Positions 40,301 through 55,021 of a DNA stretch of 64,000 nucleotides are shown in pieces (within the stretch, counting starts at the first letter, position 1; each line of letters opens with the position of its first letter). The translations under genes were made by a program, and so were the position numbers. The notes beneath the pieces were generated by a model that saw only the letters and a program-made list of their open reading frames with translations, was not told the origin of the DNA and ran no database searches. The stretch is from Eledone cirrhosa (lineage: Eukaryota): positions 79,980,001 through 80,044,000 of the forward strand of contig OZ024744.1 in the NCBI GenBank assembly GCA_964016885.1, in the 5' to 3' direction.

Positions 40301-42303
40301 ACTAGTTTCCTACACTGTAAATAACAGTGGTAACAGTTCTGAGAAAGACTATATAGTCCAGCACTAGCTTCCTACACTGTAAATAACAGTGGTAACAGCT
40401 CTGAGAAAGACTATATAGTCCAGCACTAGCTTCCTACACTGTAAATAACAGTGGTAACAGTTCTGAGAAAGACTATATAGTCCAGCACTAGCTTCCTACA
40501 CTGTAAATAACAGTGGTAACAGTACTGAGAAAGACTATATAGTCCAGCACTAGCTTCCTACACTGTAAATAACAGTGGTAACAGTTCTGAGAAGGACTAT
40601 ATAGTCCAGCACTAGCTTCCTACACTGTAAATAACAGTGGTACCAGTACTGAGAAAGACTATATAGTCCAGCACTAGCTTCCTACACTGTGAATAACAGT
40701 GGTAACAGTTCTGAGAAAGACTATATAGTCCAGCACTAGCTTCTAACACTGTAAATAACAGTGGTAACAGCTCTGAGAAAGACTATATAGTCCAGCACTA
40801 GCTTCCTACACTGTGAATAACAGTGGTAACAGCTCTGAGAAAGACTATATAGTCCAGCACTAGCTTCCTACACTGTAAATAACAGTGGTAACAGTTCTGA
40901 GAAAGACTATATAGTCCAGCACTAGCTTCTAACACTGTAAATATCAGTGTTAACAGTTCTGAGAAAGACTATATAGTCCAGCACTAGCTTCCTACACTGT
41001 AAATAACAGTGGTAACAGTTCTGAGAAAGACTATATAGTCCAGCACTAGCTTCCTACACTGTAAATAACAGTGGTAACAGTTCTGAGAAGGACTATATAG
41101 TCCAGCACTAGCTTCCTACACTGTAAATAACAGTGGTACCAGTTCTGAGAAAGACTATATAGTCCAGCACTAGCTTCCTACACTGTAAATAACAGTGGTA
41201 ACAGTTCTGAGAAAGACTATATAGTCCAGCACTAGCTTCCTACACTGTAAATAACAGTGGTAACAGTTCTGAGAAGGACTATATAGTCCAGCACTAGCTT
41301 CTTACACTGTAAATAACAGTGGTACCAGTTCTGAGAAAGACTATATAGTCCAGCACTAGCTTCTAACACTGTAAATATCAGTGTTAACAGTTCTGAGAAA
41401 GACTATATAGTCCAGCACTAGTTTCCTACACTGTAAATAACAGTGGTAACAGTTCTGAGAAAGACTATATAGTCCAGCACTAGCTTCCTACACTGTAAAT
41501 AACAGTGGTAACAGCTCTGAGAAAGACTATATAGTCCAGCACTAGCTTCCTACACTGTAAATAACAGTGGTAACAGTTCTGAGAAAGACTATATAGTCCA
41601 GCACTAGCTTCCTACACTGTAAATAACAGTGGTAACAGTACTGAGAAAGACTATATAGTCCAGCACTAGCTTCCTACACTGTAAATAACAGTGGTAACAG
41701 TTCTGAGAAAGACTATATAGTCCAGCACTAGCTTCCTACACTGTAAATAACAGTGGTAACAGTTCTGAGAAGGACTATATAGTCCAGCACTAGCTTCTTA
41801 CACTGTAAATAACAGTGGTAACAGTTCTGAGAAAGACTATATAGTCCATCACTAGCTTCCTACACTGTAAATAACAGTGGTAACAGTTCTGAGAAAGACT
41901 ATATAGTCCATCACTAGCTTCCTACACTGTAAATAACAGTGGTAACAGTTCTGAGAAAGACTATATAGTCCATCACTAGCTTCTTACACTGTAAATAACA
42001 GTGGTAACAGTTCTGAGAAAGACTATATAGTCCAGCACTAGCTTCCTACACTGTAAATAACAGAGGTAACAGTTCTGAGAAAGACTATATAGTCCAGCAC
42101 TAGCTTCCTACACTGTGAATAACAGTGGTAACAGTTCTGAGAAAGACTATATAGTCCAGCACTAGCTTACTACACTGTAAATAACAGTGGTAACAGTTCT
42201 GAGAAAGACTATATAGTCCAGCACTAGCTTCCTACACTGTGAATAACAGTGGTAACAGTTCTGAGAAAGACTATATCCCAGCACTAGCTTACTACACTGT
42301 AAA
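34317..42303. repeat. 62-bp minisatellite, about 129 copies
   Basis: Unit taacagtggtaacagttctgagaaagactatatagtccagcactagcttcctacactgtaaa. Confidence 0.98.
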
Positions 42304-42594
42304 TATATGGCCAAGTGCCAAAGTTATTAGTCAATATCATCAGGTGAGCTTTAAAGCAGGTGAGTTTAGTAATTAAGGGAAAGAAGAACATTTCCTCATT
42401 CCACCATCAATTCAATAGTTTTAATGTTAACAGTAGTTTATATTGTATAAGAGTGTGTGTGTGAGGTGAGTGTGTGTGTGTGTGAGGTGAGTGTGCGTGT
42501 GACGTGAGTGTGTGTGTGAGGCGAGTGTCTAAATATGAGTGTAGGAGTGTGCGTGAGTGTGTGTGAGGTGAATGTGTGTATGTGAGTGTAAGTA

Positions 42595-42880
42595 TGTGTG
42601 TGTGTAGGGGAAGGTGTATGTGTGTGTAGGGGAAGGTGTATGTGTGTGTAGGGGAAGGTGTATGTGTGTGTAGGGGAAGATGTATGTGTGTGTAGCGGAA
42701 GTTGTATGTGTGTGTAGGGGAAGGTGTATGTGTGTGTAGGGGAAGGTGTATGTGTGTGTAGGGGAAGTTGTATGTGTGTGTAGGGGAAGGTGTATGTGTA
42801 TGTAGGGTAAGGTGTATGTGTGTGTGTGTAGGGGAAGGGGTATGTGTGTGTAGCAGAAGGTAGTATGTGTGTAGGTGAGA
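42595..42880. repeat. ~22-bp tandem repeat gtgtaggggaaggtgtatgtgt
   Basis: Direct observation. Confidence 0.9.
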
Positions 42881-43252
42881 GTGTATGTGTGTGTGTGTGT
42901 GTGTGTGCAACTATTTAGGTAATTGCATGTGCATGTGTATAAGTGTACGTGTATAAATGCACATATATGTATGCAATTAACTGTAGAAGTGTGTGTGTGT
43001 GTGTGTGTAATTGTACATGTGTGTGAGAGGAAAACAACAGGAGTTATATTTTGGTAGAACAAACACCATGCCATGACTATAACTGTAACAATAACAAGTG
43101 ATAGTAGTAGTAATAGTAGTAGTAGTAGTGATGGTGGTGGTAATAGTAGTTGAGGTGGTGGTGGTAATAGTAGTAGTCGAGGTAGTGGTGGTACTAGTAG
43201 TCGTGGTGGTAGTAGTAGTCGTAGTAGTGGTGGTGGTGGTGATGATAGAGTT

Positions 43253-44277
43253 TCATTGAACGACTGAATGCTCATCATTGTCTGAGGTATACTCAACCAT
43301 GTACACTGATTGACAAGTCTCATTGAATGACTGAATGCTCATCATTGTCTGAGGTATACTCAACCATGTACACTGATTGACAAGTCTCATTGAATGACTG
43401 AATGCTCATCATTGTCTGAGGTATACTCAACCATGTACACTGATTGACAAGTCTCATTGAATGACTGAATGCTCATCATTGTCTGAGGTATACTCAACCA
43501 TGTACACTGATTGACAAGTCTCATTGAATGACTGAATGCTCATCATTGTCTGAGGTATACTCAACCATGTACAGTGATTGACAAGTCTCATTGAATGACT
43601 GAATGCTCATCATTGTCTGAGGTATACTCAACCATGTACAGTGATTGACAAGTCTCATTGAACGACTGAGTGCTCATCATTGTCTGAGGTATACTCAACC
43701 ATGTACACTGATTGACAAGTCTCATTGAACGACTGAGTGCTCATCATTGTCTGAGGTATACTCAACCATGTACAGTGATTGACAAGTCTCATTGAATGAC
43801 TGAATGCTCATCATTGTCTGAGGTATACTCAACCATGTACAGTGATTGACAAGTCTCATTGAACGACTGAGTGCTCATCATTGTCTGAGGTATACTCAAC
43901 CATGTACAGTGATTGACAAGTCTCATTGAACGACTGAGTGCTCATCATTGTCTGAGGTATACTCAACCATGTACAGTGATTGACAAGTCTCATTGAATGA
44001 CTGAATGCTCATCATTGTCTGAGGTATACTCAACCATGTACAGTGATTGACAAGTCTCATTGAACGACTGAATGCTCATCATTGTCTGAGGTATACTCAA
44101 CCATGTACAGTGATTGACAAGTCTCATTGAATGACTGAGTGCTCATCATTGTCTGAGGTATACTCAACCATGTACAGTGATTGACAAGTCTCATTGAACG
44201 ACTGAATGCTCATCATTGTCTGAGGTATACTCAACCATGTACAGTGATTGACAAGTCTCATTGAGTGCTCATCATTG
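43253..44277. repeat. 67-bp minisatellite, about 15 copies
   Basis: Unit ctcattgaatgactgaatgctcatcattgtctgaggtatactcaaccatgtacactgattgacaagt. Confidence 0.97.
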
Positions 44278-44348
44278 GAATCTTTGGAGGATTTAGTTTC
44301 ATCGTTTTGTGTAGTCTTATACAGGGTGGACAGAAAGAAACTTCCTAT

Positions 44349-44578
44349 TTAACCCTTTAGCATTTAAACCTGCCATATCCAGCCAGAATTCTCTCACTGC
44401 TTTCTGTTCAACCTGGTCGTAACTGGCCACTCATACTGATGTTATGGTATTGTTCTCAAAATAAATAATATGAGAATCTTGTACATTCAATATTATGTAA
44501 GATAATTACGTAAGATAAAACTTTTATCACAAAAATACAATAGTAAATATAGAGTATTGTAAGTGCTAAAATTGTTAA
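44349..44578. mobile_element. TTAA MITE copy
   Basis: Same TIRs and internal sequence. Confidence 0.8.
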
Positions 44579-46208
44579 TAACTTTATTAATTATTGGTTG
44601 ATTTTCATAAAACATGTTTGATTTTGAACATTATAATGGTAGAAATAGAGTACAGAGTTAACATTCTACATAGGCACCAGTATTGTTCACCAGTGTTTGT
44701 AATTGTCTGGGTACAGATCCTCAACTGACTTCGTCAAAACAACATGGCGGAGAGAGGACTTTAGTCTTGCAGATAACAAGACAACCTCTATAGTGGTCAT
44801 GCCACAATAAAATATACCCAGTACACTCTGTAAAGTGGTAGTACTGGTGCCATGATAGAATACACCCAAATACATTATTAAGTTGTTGGTGTTAAGAACA
44901 GCATCTAGTCATAGAAACCATTCCCAAAATGGAACATACAAATGAGACACGATCCTCTGACCAATTTAGGAAAAAAAGGATTTCTAGGAACTAACTGATC
45001 ATAACAGTCCATCCAAGTGTGCCAGCATCAAGAGTAGCCCTAAAAATGATGATGATGATGATGATGATGAATTGTACATCTATTTTTATACTTAAAGGGG
45101 TTTGATGGAAAGTCACATTGTGAGGCTAAACAGGTCAGGTGACCATATCTTGTTCATATATTTCGTTTTGGGGGATTGGTAAACATAAAAAAACAATAGA
45201 TGATCAGGTTCAATGAAGATATATATTAGTTTCACGCTTGATATAGTAGGAATAATCTTAACGTTTTGGACACTGCTCCTTCATCAGAATATAGAATGAG
45301 AAAACTTTTATTAGGAGGGGTTTTTTGTGTGTGTGTGTGTGGTGGTGGTGGTGGTGGTGGGGGGGGGGGGGGGGGTTATAGGAAGTTCAGTTGGCCGTCT
45401 TTTGAAAGGTTGTGATCAAAGGTGTCTATATCGTGGGATGTTGACAGGCATGAGAATGAGTACTCAATAACAAAGTAGAGTTTAATAACCGTTTCTACTT
45501 TTGGCACAAGGCCAGCAATTACCCCAGTGCATTACTGATACTTTATTTTATCGACCCCGTAAACAGGATTTCTTTAGGGTTTAATAATTGTTTCTACATT
45601 AGGCACAAGGCCAGCAATTACCCAGTGTATTACTGGTACTTTATTTTATCGACCCTGTAAGGATGAAAGGCAAAGTCAACCTTGGCGGGAATTGTTTATC
45701 ATGTCTCAGTGATGAGTCTTATTACTCTTCAATTTTTACACCTGTGCACTCACATGATCATCTTGTGAGTTGATCTTGTGAGTGTACAGGTAAATATCCA
45801 GTGGAGCAAGACTCGTAACTTAGATATACTATAATAAAGAATGTTACGCCATACATATATAGATACATGTACATCATACATGCACACATACATATATAGC
45901 TACATGTACACATACATACATATATAGCTACATGTACACATACATATATACATGTACACATACATATATAAATACATGTACACATACATATATACATGTA
46001 CACATACATATATAAATACATGTACATCATACATGTACACATACATATATAGATACATGTACATATACATATATAAATTCATGTACATCATACATGTACA
46101 CATACATATATATATATATATACATGTATATCATACATGCATACATATATATATACATGTACATCATACATGCATACATATATATATACATGTACATCAT
46201 ACATGCAT

Positions 46209-46241
<33 letters not shown>

Positions 46242-46326
46242 CATCATACATGCATACATATATATATATATACATGTACATCATACATGCATATATATAT
46301 ATATACATGTACATCATACATATATA

Positions 46327-46723
46327 ATCACCGTTTTACGTCCATTCTTCCACGTTAGCATGGGTCAGCTGACCTTGTCTTGCTCATATAGGAACTGATT
46401 CTGGCTTGATTTCTACAGCTGGATGCCCTTCCAAACACCAACCTCATTTACAGTGAGTGTTGAGTGCTTTTTTTTTCCGTGTCGCCTATACATCCACTTT
46501 ACAGTGTGGGCTGGGTGCTTTTTTGCCGTGGCACTTCCATAACCAATTTGCAGTGGAATGATAGGGACCCCAGTCCTATTATCTCATTTCTAAAGCTGAG
46601 TAATCTGGAGCAATGTGAAATAAAGTGTCTTGCTCAAGGAAACAACACATCACCCAGTCCGAGAATTGAACTCACAACTTTTCGATTGCAAGCACAATGC
46701 CTTAACCACTAATCCATGTACCT

Positions 46724-46726
<3 letters not shown>
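46327..46726 (-). mobile_element. SINE family B copy
   Basis: Same head, CORE-like domain and RTE-type tail. Confidence 0.85.
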
Positions 46727-46778
<52 letters not shown>

Positions 46779-46870
46779 TATTGTGTATTTACTCCACTAT
46801 CTGTTGAGTGCTTTATATCAGTTATAAAATGTTTAAACTTGTTGAATCCCAACAAATTAAATATAACCTC

Positions 46871-46906
<36 letters not shown>

Positions 46907-47544
46907 CATCCTTGTATGTACGTTTTTCCATGCTTGCATGGGTTATATATAGGAATTTCTAAATCTGCTTCATCATCATTCTCTAGAGAATTGGAAACAG
47001 TTGGGGGGGGGGGGGGGGGGGGGGCGTCAGGCAAATACAAAAGAAAAAACCCCTGATGTGGTAAAATATATAACAGAGAGAGAGAGTAGGGGTGAAAGAA
47101 AAAAGGAGCTGGGGGTGAAAGTGGAGCAGGTTAATAGCAAGAGAGAGAGAGAGAGAGAGAGAAAGAGAAGTGGGGGAGAATGTATGTGTGTAACGTGTAG
47201 TAAAAAATTACGTATATATAAGTGTGTGTGTTTGTGTAGTATGGTGTAAAAAATGTGTGCGTGTGTATATCTAAATGGGTGTATGTCTAAATGTGAGTAT
47301 ATATGTGTGTATGTGAGTATGTGTGCATGTATGTCTATATGAGTGTGTATGTGTGCATGTATGTCTACATGTGAGTGTGTATGTGTGTGTGTAGTAAGAG
47401 ATATAAAAAAAAGTATGTTAATCCTCCAAGTGATTGGTATAATTTACTTAGTATGTTAATTGTATTTAGCAGGGAGTCTTGGATTTCATGAAGAAACAAA
47501 ACAAAATTATTTTCTAGCTGGTAAAAACTGTAAGACCAGCATCA

Positions 47545-48730
47545 GTACCACTATCACAGCTACCACCACCACCACCTCCACTATCACAGCTACCACCACC
47601 ACCACCTCCACTATCACAGCTACCACCACCACCACCTCCATTATCACAGCTACCACCACCTCCATTATCACAGCTACCACCACCACCACCTCCACTATCA
47701 CAGCTACCACCACCTCCATTATCACAGCTACCACCACCACCACCTCCTCCACTATCACAGCTACCACCACCACCACCTCCACTATCACAGCTACCACCAC
47801 CACCACCTTCACTATCACAGCTACCACCACCACCACCACCACCATCACAGCTACCACCACCTCCACTATCACAGCTACCACCACCACCACCTCCTCCACT
47901 ATCACAGCTACCACCACCACCACCTCCTCCACTATCACAGCTACCACCACCACCACCTCCTCCACTATCACAGCTACCACCACCACCACCTCCACTATCA
48001 CAGCTACCACCACCACCACCTCCATTATTACAGCTACCACCACCACCACCACCACCACCACTATCACAGCTACCACCACCACCACCACCTCCACTATCAC
48101 AGCTACCACCACCTCCATTATCACAGCTACCACCACCACCACCTTCACTATCACAGCTACCACCACCACCACCACCACCATCACAGCTACCACCACCTCC
48201 ACTATCACAGCTACCACCAACACCTCCCCTATCACAGCTACCACCACCACCTTCACAGCTACCACCACCTTCACTATCACAGCTACCACCACCACCACCA
48301 CCACTATCACAGCTACCACCACCACCACCACCACCACTATCACAGCTACCACCACCACCACCACCACTATCACAGCTACCACCACCACCACCTCCACTAT
48401 CACAGCTACCACCACCACCACCTCCCCTATCACAGCTACCACCACCTTCACTATCACAGCTACCACCACCACCACCACCACCATCACAGCTACCACCACC
48501 TCCACTATCACAGCTACCACCAACACCTCCCCTATCACAGCTACCACCACCTTCACTATCACAGCTACCACCACCACCACCACCACTATCACAGCTACCA
48601 CCACCACCACCACCACCACTATCACAGCTACCACCACCACCACCACCACTATCACAGCTACCACCACCACCACCTCCACTATCACAGCTACCACCACCAC
48701 CACCTCCCCTATCACAGCTACCACCACCGC
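47545..48730. repeat. Compound tandem repeat ctatcacagct(acc)n
   Basis: Variable-length units that differ only by whole triplets. Confidence 0.95.
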
Positions 48731-49041
48731 TTACACCATCATCATTCTCACCACCTCTTACACCATCACCTGCACTAGAACTCCACTATCACTACCATCA
48801 ACACCACCACCACCACCACACCTACATCATCACCATCGCCAACTGCACTAGAACTCCATTATCACTACCACCATCATCATCATCACCACACCTACACCAT
48901 CAGCACCACCACCAACTCCACTATCACTACCATCATCAGCAACACCACATCTCCACCACTAGTACACCTCCACCAACACCACTACCACTACCACCACCAC
49001 CCCGACCACCACCTGCCTGTTTTGTACTGAGTACTCCCAAG

Positions 49042-49087
<46 letters not shown>

Positions 49088-49112
<25 letters not shown>

Positions 49113-49211
49113 GGTGTCCCAAAACATGTATACACACTTTGATTACCTGTACAGGCAATATTTATTAGAATGCTATTGAAGTATGTATACATTTTTGGGG
49201 GACACTGTGTA
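49088..49211. mobile_element. Tc1/mariner-type MITE
   Basis: TA-flanked TIR cagggtgtcccaaaa..atgtatac / gtatacatttttgggggacactgtg. Confidence 0.75.
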
Positions 49212-49796
49212 TAAGCATCTCTTAACTGCTGACAACAGTGCTTAAACAGTCAGTACCTTTCTTCATGTCTTTAACCCTTCCAAATCCACACAAGAAACTG
49301 ACTATAATGTCTACCTACAACTTATAACTGCCAGCCAGTTACCACTACTACTACTGCCACTACATCATCACCACCACCAACACCAAAACCACCACCACCA
49401 CTACTATTACTACTGCGACTACATCATCACCACCACCACCACTACTATTACTACTGCGACTACATCACCACCACCACCACCACCAAAACCACCACCACCA
49501 CTACTATTACTACTGCGACTACATCACCACCACCACCACTATCAACAAGAATATCACCACACCTCAACATCTACCACCACCATTACTATAAGTACCAATC
49601 ATCACCACTGCCACCGCCACAAGCTAGAGTAAGCAAAATCTTTCAAAGGTACTATAATATTACTGGTACTTATTTTATGAATCTATATTAAAAGGTAAAG
49701 CTGGTCCATGGCTAGATTTGAACCAGAGGAACTGATGATACCTACTTAAAAGAATTGGTGGCTGGGTGGGTATATCCATAAATATATGTCATTTGG

Positions 49797-49978
49797 ATTG
49801 GCAGTATCGGTAAAGGGTTGGACGCCATGCTTTGACGCAAAGAGTTACGGCCCTTTATGATCTGAGTTCAAATCCCGTCGAGGTTAACTTTGCCTTTCAT
49901 CCTTACGGGGTCGATAAAATAAAGTACCAGTAATACACTGCGTAATTGCTGGCCTTGTGCCAAAAGTAGAAACAATTA
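49797..49978 (+). mobile_element. SINE family A copy
   Basis: Full consensus match. Confidence 0.9.
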
Positions 49979-50639
49979 TTATTTCACACACACAAGCAGT
50001 AATATATATATATACATACTAACTGTATGTAATACATACATTATAAAACACACATACCCACACAGTAAAACCCTCATGTACACACACACTGTAGAACACA
50101 CATGCTCACACAGAAACACTGTAAAACACATACACACACACACACTGTAAAACATACACACACTGCAAAACATGCACACGCACACTGTAAAACACATACA
50201 CACACTGTAAAACACACACACACAAACTGCAAAACATGCCACACACACTGTAAAACACATACACACACACACTGCAAAACATGCCACACACACACACTGT
50301 GAAACATACACATGTATTGTAAAATATACACCTATATAACATTGTTCATACAACCTATACATATATAAACATTGTACATGTACATGCTACACACACACAC
50401 AAATAACATACACCACATACACACTCAAAAGACACACACACACCACATTCAAAAGAACAAACCACATACACCATAAAACACAGGAAAGACTTAACGCACA
50501 CTCACCACAAACACACACAAAAGACACTTCATACATCACATACACACCGCCCACACTCAAAAGAACACTTCACCTCCCCACCCCCACACACAAACACGCC
50601 ACACAACATACATACTTAAAAGACACAAACACACCACAC

Positions 50640-51010
50640 ACACACAGCATACATACTTAAAAGACACAACACACACACACCACAAACACATTCAAAAGAC
50701 AGACTTCACACACACCACAAACACATTCAAAAGACACAACACACACACACCACAAACACATTCAAAAGACAGACTTCACACACACCACAAACACATTCAA
50801 AAGACAACACACACACACCACAAACACATTCAAAAGAGACTTCACACACACCACAAACACATTCAAAAGACACAACACACACACACCACAAACACATTCA
50901 AAAGACAGACTTCACACACACCACAAACACATTCAAAAGACACAACACACACACACCACAAACACATTCAAAAGACAGACTTCACACACACCACATACAC
51001 ATTCAAAAGA
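50640..51010. repeat. Alternating ~31/33-bp tandem repeat cacaccacaaacacattcaaaagac
   Basis: Direct observation. Confidence 0.85.
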
Positions 51011-51712
51011 ACAACCCACATACACCATAAACACACACACACATACAATGGCGACATACTAGAGTACAAGAAATCTAAGGAAGTGTTAATGAGGTAGTAA
51101 GGAGTTTCACTGAGAGGCAATGTGTATAATTAATTTTCCTGTTTTTAATAATTAAACCCCAACTTCTCTGTTTTAATTAGTTTCAAACATTCCTATATTG
51201 TTGTAAAGGTTTCAGTCACTAAGCTGTGCCCATGCTGGGTCACAACGTTTAAAGAGATTATGATTTAGTCAATCATATGAACCCGATTATATTTTAAATA
51301 ATATCCAGCCCACACTTTAAAGTGGTTGTGTAGGTGTCATGACAAAAAGCACCCAGCCCACACTGTAAATGTGGTTGGCGTTAGGAAGGGCATCCAGCTG
51401 TGGAAACCAGCCAGAAACAGCCCTATATGAGCGAGACACTGTCACCCAACCCAACTTGCCTCTAAATGGGACAAACACGTCTAACCCATGCTAGTGTGGA
51501 AGATGGATGTTAAACGATGATGATTATGATTATATATATATAAGTTACTTCCACATCAAATTAGCAAACCATCCTCGAGGACATGTGTATCACCCAATGG
51601 ATTCTCAACTCGAGCGAGGTTGTACTGAAAAACCTCACATGAGTTGAGAATCCGAACTCGTCCTATGGACTGAGTGCTCTACTTACTACGGATATAACCT
51701 CCCAGTCTTTAC

Positions 51713-51757
<45 letters not shown>

Positions 51758-52001
51758 AAAGAAACACCCAGTCCACCATGTTGGACTAGTTGTGTTGGTG
51801 CCATGATAAAAAGCACCCAATCCACACTGTAACGTGGTTAACGCTAGGAAGGGCAGCCAGCTGTAGAAGACAAGCCAAAATACAGACCCATTTGAGCAAG
51901 ATGTGTACACCAGACCTAACTTGTCTCAATGTGACAACCTGTCTAACCCATGCAAGCGTGGAAAAATAGACATTGAATGATGATGATTATATATATATAT
52001 A

Positions 52002-52347
52002 TCATCATTTTCATCATCATTTCATTTTACGTCCGCTTTTCCCTGCTTGCAAGGGTAGGACGGGAACTGATTCTGGCTTGATTTCTACAGCTGGATGCCC
52101 TTCCTAACACCAACCTCATTTACAGTGAGTGCTGGGTGTTTTTTTGCCGTGGCACCTACACGACCACTTTGCAGTGGAATGATATGGACCCCAGTCCCTA
52201 TCATCTCATTTCTACAGCTGAGTAAACTGGAGCAATGTGAAATAAAGTGTCTTGCTCAAGGAAACAACACATCACCCAGTCTGAGAATTGAACTCACAAC
52301 CTTTCGATTGCAAGCCCAATGCTCTAACCACTAAGCCATGTGCCTTC
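52002..52347 (-). mobile_element. SINE family B full-length copy
   Basis: Reverse complement of 11986-12331. Confidence 0.9.
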
Positions 52348-55021
52348 TATATATATGAATGTATGTATAGTATATTTGATAATATAGTGTATGTTTATTT
52401 TAAAACATTTTGAAGACCATTCACTATGAGTTTTAAAGTAGTTACTATGTCACTTACTTTGTCTCGGCAAAAGCAAAGGGGAGCAACCGACAGCTGTTTC
52501 TTGTTTGTTAACGGTTATCAAGATTGCGTATCCCTCCGCTTCTGCCGAGACTTCTAGAAGTTGGATTCTTATAGAATTCCAGTGATGTTTAAGAGCTGAT
52601 TAAGCAGAGCAGTTGCCAGTCCAGCAAAAATTAGAAATTAGTATCAGTACTCTGAAATAGCGATGTATGTATGAATGTATGTATGTATAGTATATTTGAT
52701 AATATACTGTATGTTTATTTAAAAACATTTTGAAGACCATTCACTATAAAGTAAGTGACATAGTCACTACTTTAAAACTCATAGCGAATGATCTTCAAAA
52801 TGTTTTAAAATAAACATACAGTATATTAACAAATATACTATACATACATACATTCATACATCGCTATATCAGAGCACTGATACTAATATATATATATATA
52901 CAATATATTAATAAATGGAAACTATATTTATAAAACCATATTTATTTTATTATACATATTTCAAGGGCAACCGAGGCAAATTATGGTGCGCTTTCATCAG
53001 ATAAAATACAGAATTGTTTTATAAATAAATATTGACATACCCATAAAAAAAGACAACCTTAACAGTTGGAGCTTCCTGGATAGGAATCCTGAGCTCTTTA
53101 ATTGTATTTTATTGTATTTTAAAGAGCTCAGGATTCGTTTTCCTTTGAGCACATTATTGACAGGGAATAACGAGAATCTATGGCTCCGTTAATTTATCGT
53201 GATATTTTGCTCCTTATAACAGTCTTTCCTCTCTCTCTCTGTTTGGTTGAGCACACTTCTTTGAGTGGTTTTTGGGCTGCCCTTTCTAGCAGCTCGTCCC
53301 TCAGACACCACTGGTTCACTGCCCTAAACACGCTGTGACATCTCTCTGCCGCGTGTAGCTGGACGGTCGCTTTAGATTCTCTTAGAGTTGTCTGGAATGT
53401 ATAGTCTTGCCCGCGCTGATGAACCATAGGCTATTCCATTTCAGTCAACAACTTCCTGGCGAAACAAATCCCTTAGTTATATATAGTTATAGAGGTGCGT
53501 ATATACATTTTAATTTATATTTTTAATTATTGTGCGTCTACCCTGTCTTCTATAGATTATAGATTCCAGGTTAACTTTGCCTTTCATCCTTTCGGGGTCG
53601 ATAAAATAAAGTACCAGTAATACACTTGGTAATTGCTGGCCTTGTGCCAAATGTAGAAACAATTATAGATTCCATACACTGGTGGCTCCCCTGTTTTATT
53701 GATGGCACACTATCTCTCTCTAGTGTGTTACCTTTTCAACATATTGTATTTTAAAGAGCTCAGGATTCCTTTTCCTTTGAGCACATTATTGACAGGGAAT
53801 AACGAGAGTCTGTGGCTCCGTTAATTTAGTGTGTGTCTGTGTGTGCATCAGCTCATTAAGTATGAAATGTCCGATTTCGAATAAAAAGTTCTAAAGGAAA
53901 TCGGACATTTTATACTTAATAACCTAGTGTGTGTGTGCGTGCGTGTTAAAAATATGAAGACACTGTTCTATATTTCAATTAATTACAAAGCGACCATTAT
54001 GTACATTCGGAGGAGTTAGACAATAGATTACATATGTCTAACATGTCAACATCAGAAAGGATTTCATAAAGTAGGTGATATGCAGACTCCAGGACATGAG
54101 ATGTTGGTTGTCCAAAATTTGGTAAACACAATATATGTATATGTGTGTGTATATCATCATCATTTTACGTCCGCTTTTCTCTGTTTGCATGGATTGGACG
54201 GGTCCTATTCAGCACAGCATCTCTCCACTTGTCACGGTCCTTCGTCATCTCCTCGGTGAGTTTCAGCGATCTGAGGTCTGCTCTCGCCACCTCTGCCCAT
54301 ATTTTATGTGGTATACCTCTACTGCGTCTTCCTTCTACTGGGATTTCTTGGCACTTCTTTACCCAACGGTCATCCTCCATGCACATCACATGTCCATACC
54401 ATATCAGCCTTCTCTCCTGCACACCACAACTTATCCCTCTTATACCCAGTTTCTTTCTCAACTCGTCCATGCTTGGTTGTTCACGCACATTTACACTGCA
54501 CATCCAACGGAGCATACTTGCTTCATTTCTCTCCAGCCGTCGCATATCCTCTGTAGTTGCTGCCCATGTCTCACTACCATGCAGCATCGCACATCTCAAA
54601 CAGGCATCATATAACCGGCCTTTCGAATGCAAGGAGAAACCCTTCTTTGTCAACAAAGGAAGCAGCTCCCTAAACTTCTTCCAATCCGTCCTTATTCTAG
54701 ATACTATGGCTTTGGACCACCCTCTCCCATGCTAATCTGATCACCTAGGTACCAGAAGCTATCCACCACTTCTATAGAACCCACCTGCATTGGAAACATG
54801 TGTCTATCACTGCGATTAATACTGCCAACTTTCCCTGTACTGCATATGTAGTTTTCCCTACCTGTTAGTTTGCTTGCCTGCTGTCCCACTACATCTCGTG
54901 TACCCAAGATCTGCATTGCGTACATTTTATGGAATTTATGCCAGTTTCTTTCCTACATATCGAACATGGCCATTTCCCTGATGGAATCGGAGTATTGTCC
55001 TCTCTTCTACTTAACTATGTC

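Noticed and set aside
34317-42303. CRISPR-like array
   Set aside because: Whole 62-bp units repeat with no unique spacers; no cas genes; eukaryotic context
43253-44277. CRISPR-like or coding repeat
   Set aside because: No spacers; the 67-bp unit is not a multiple of 3 and no ORF spans the array
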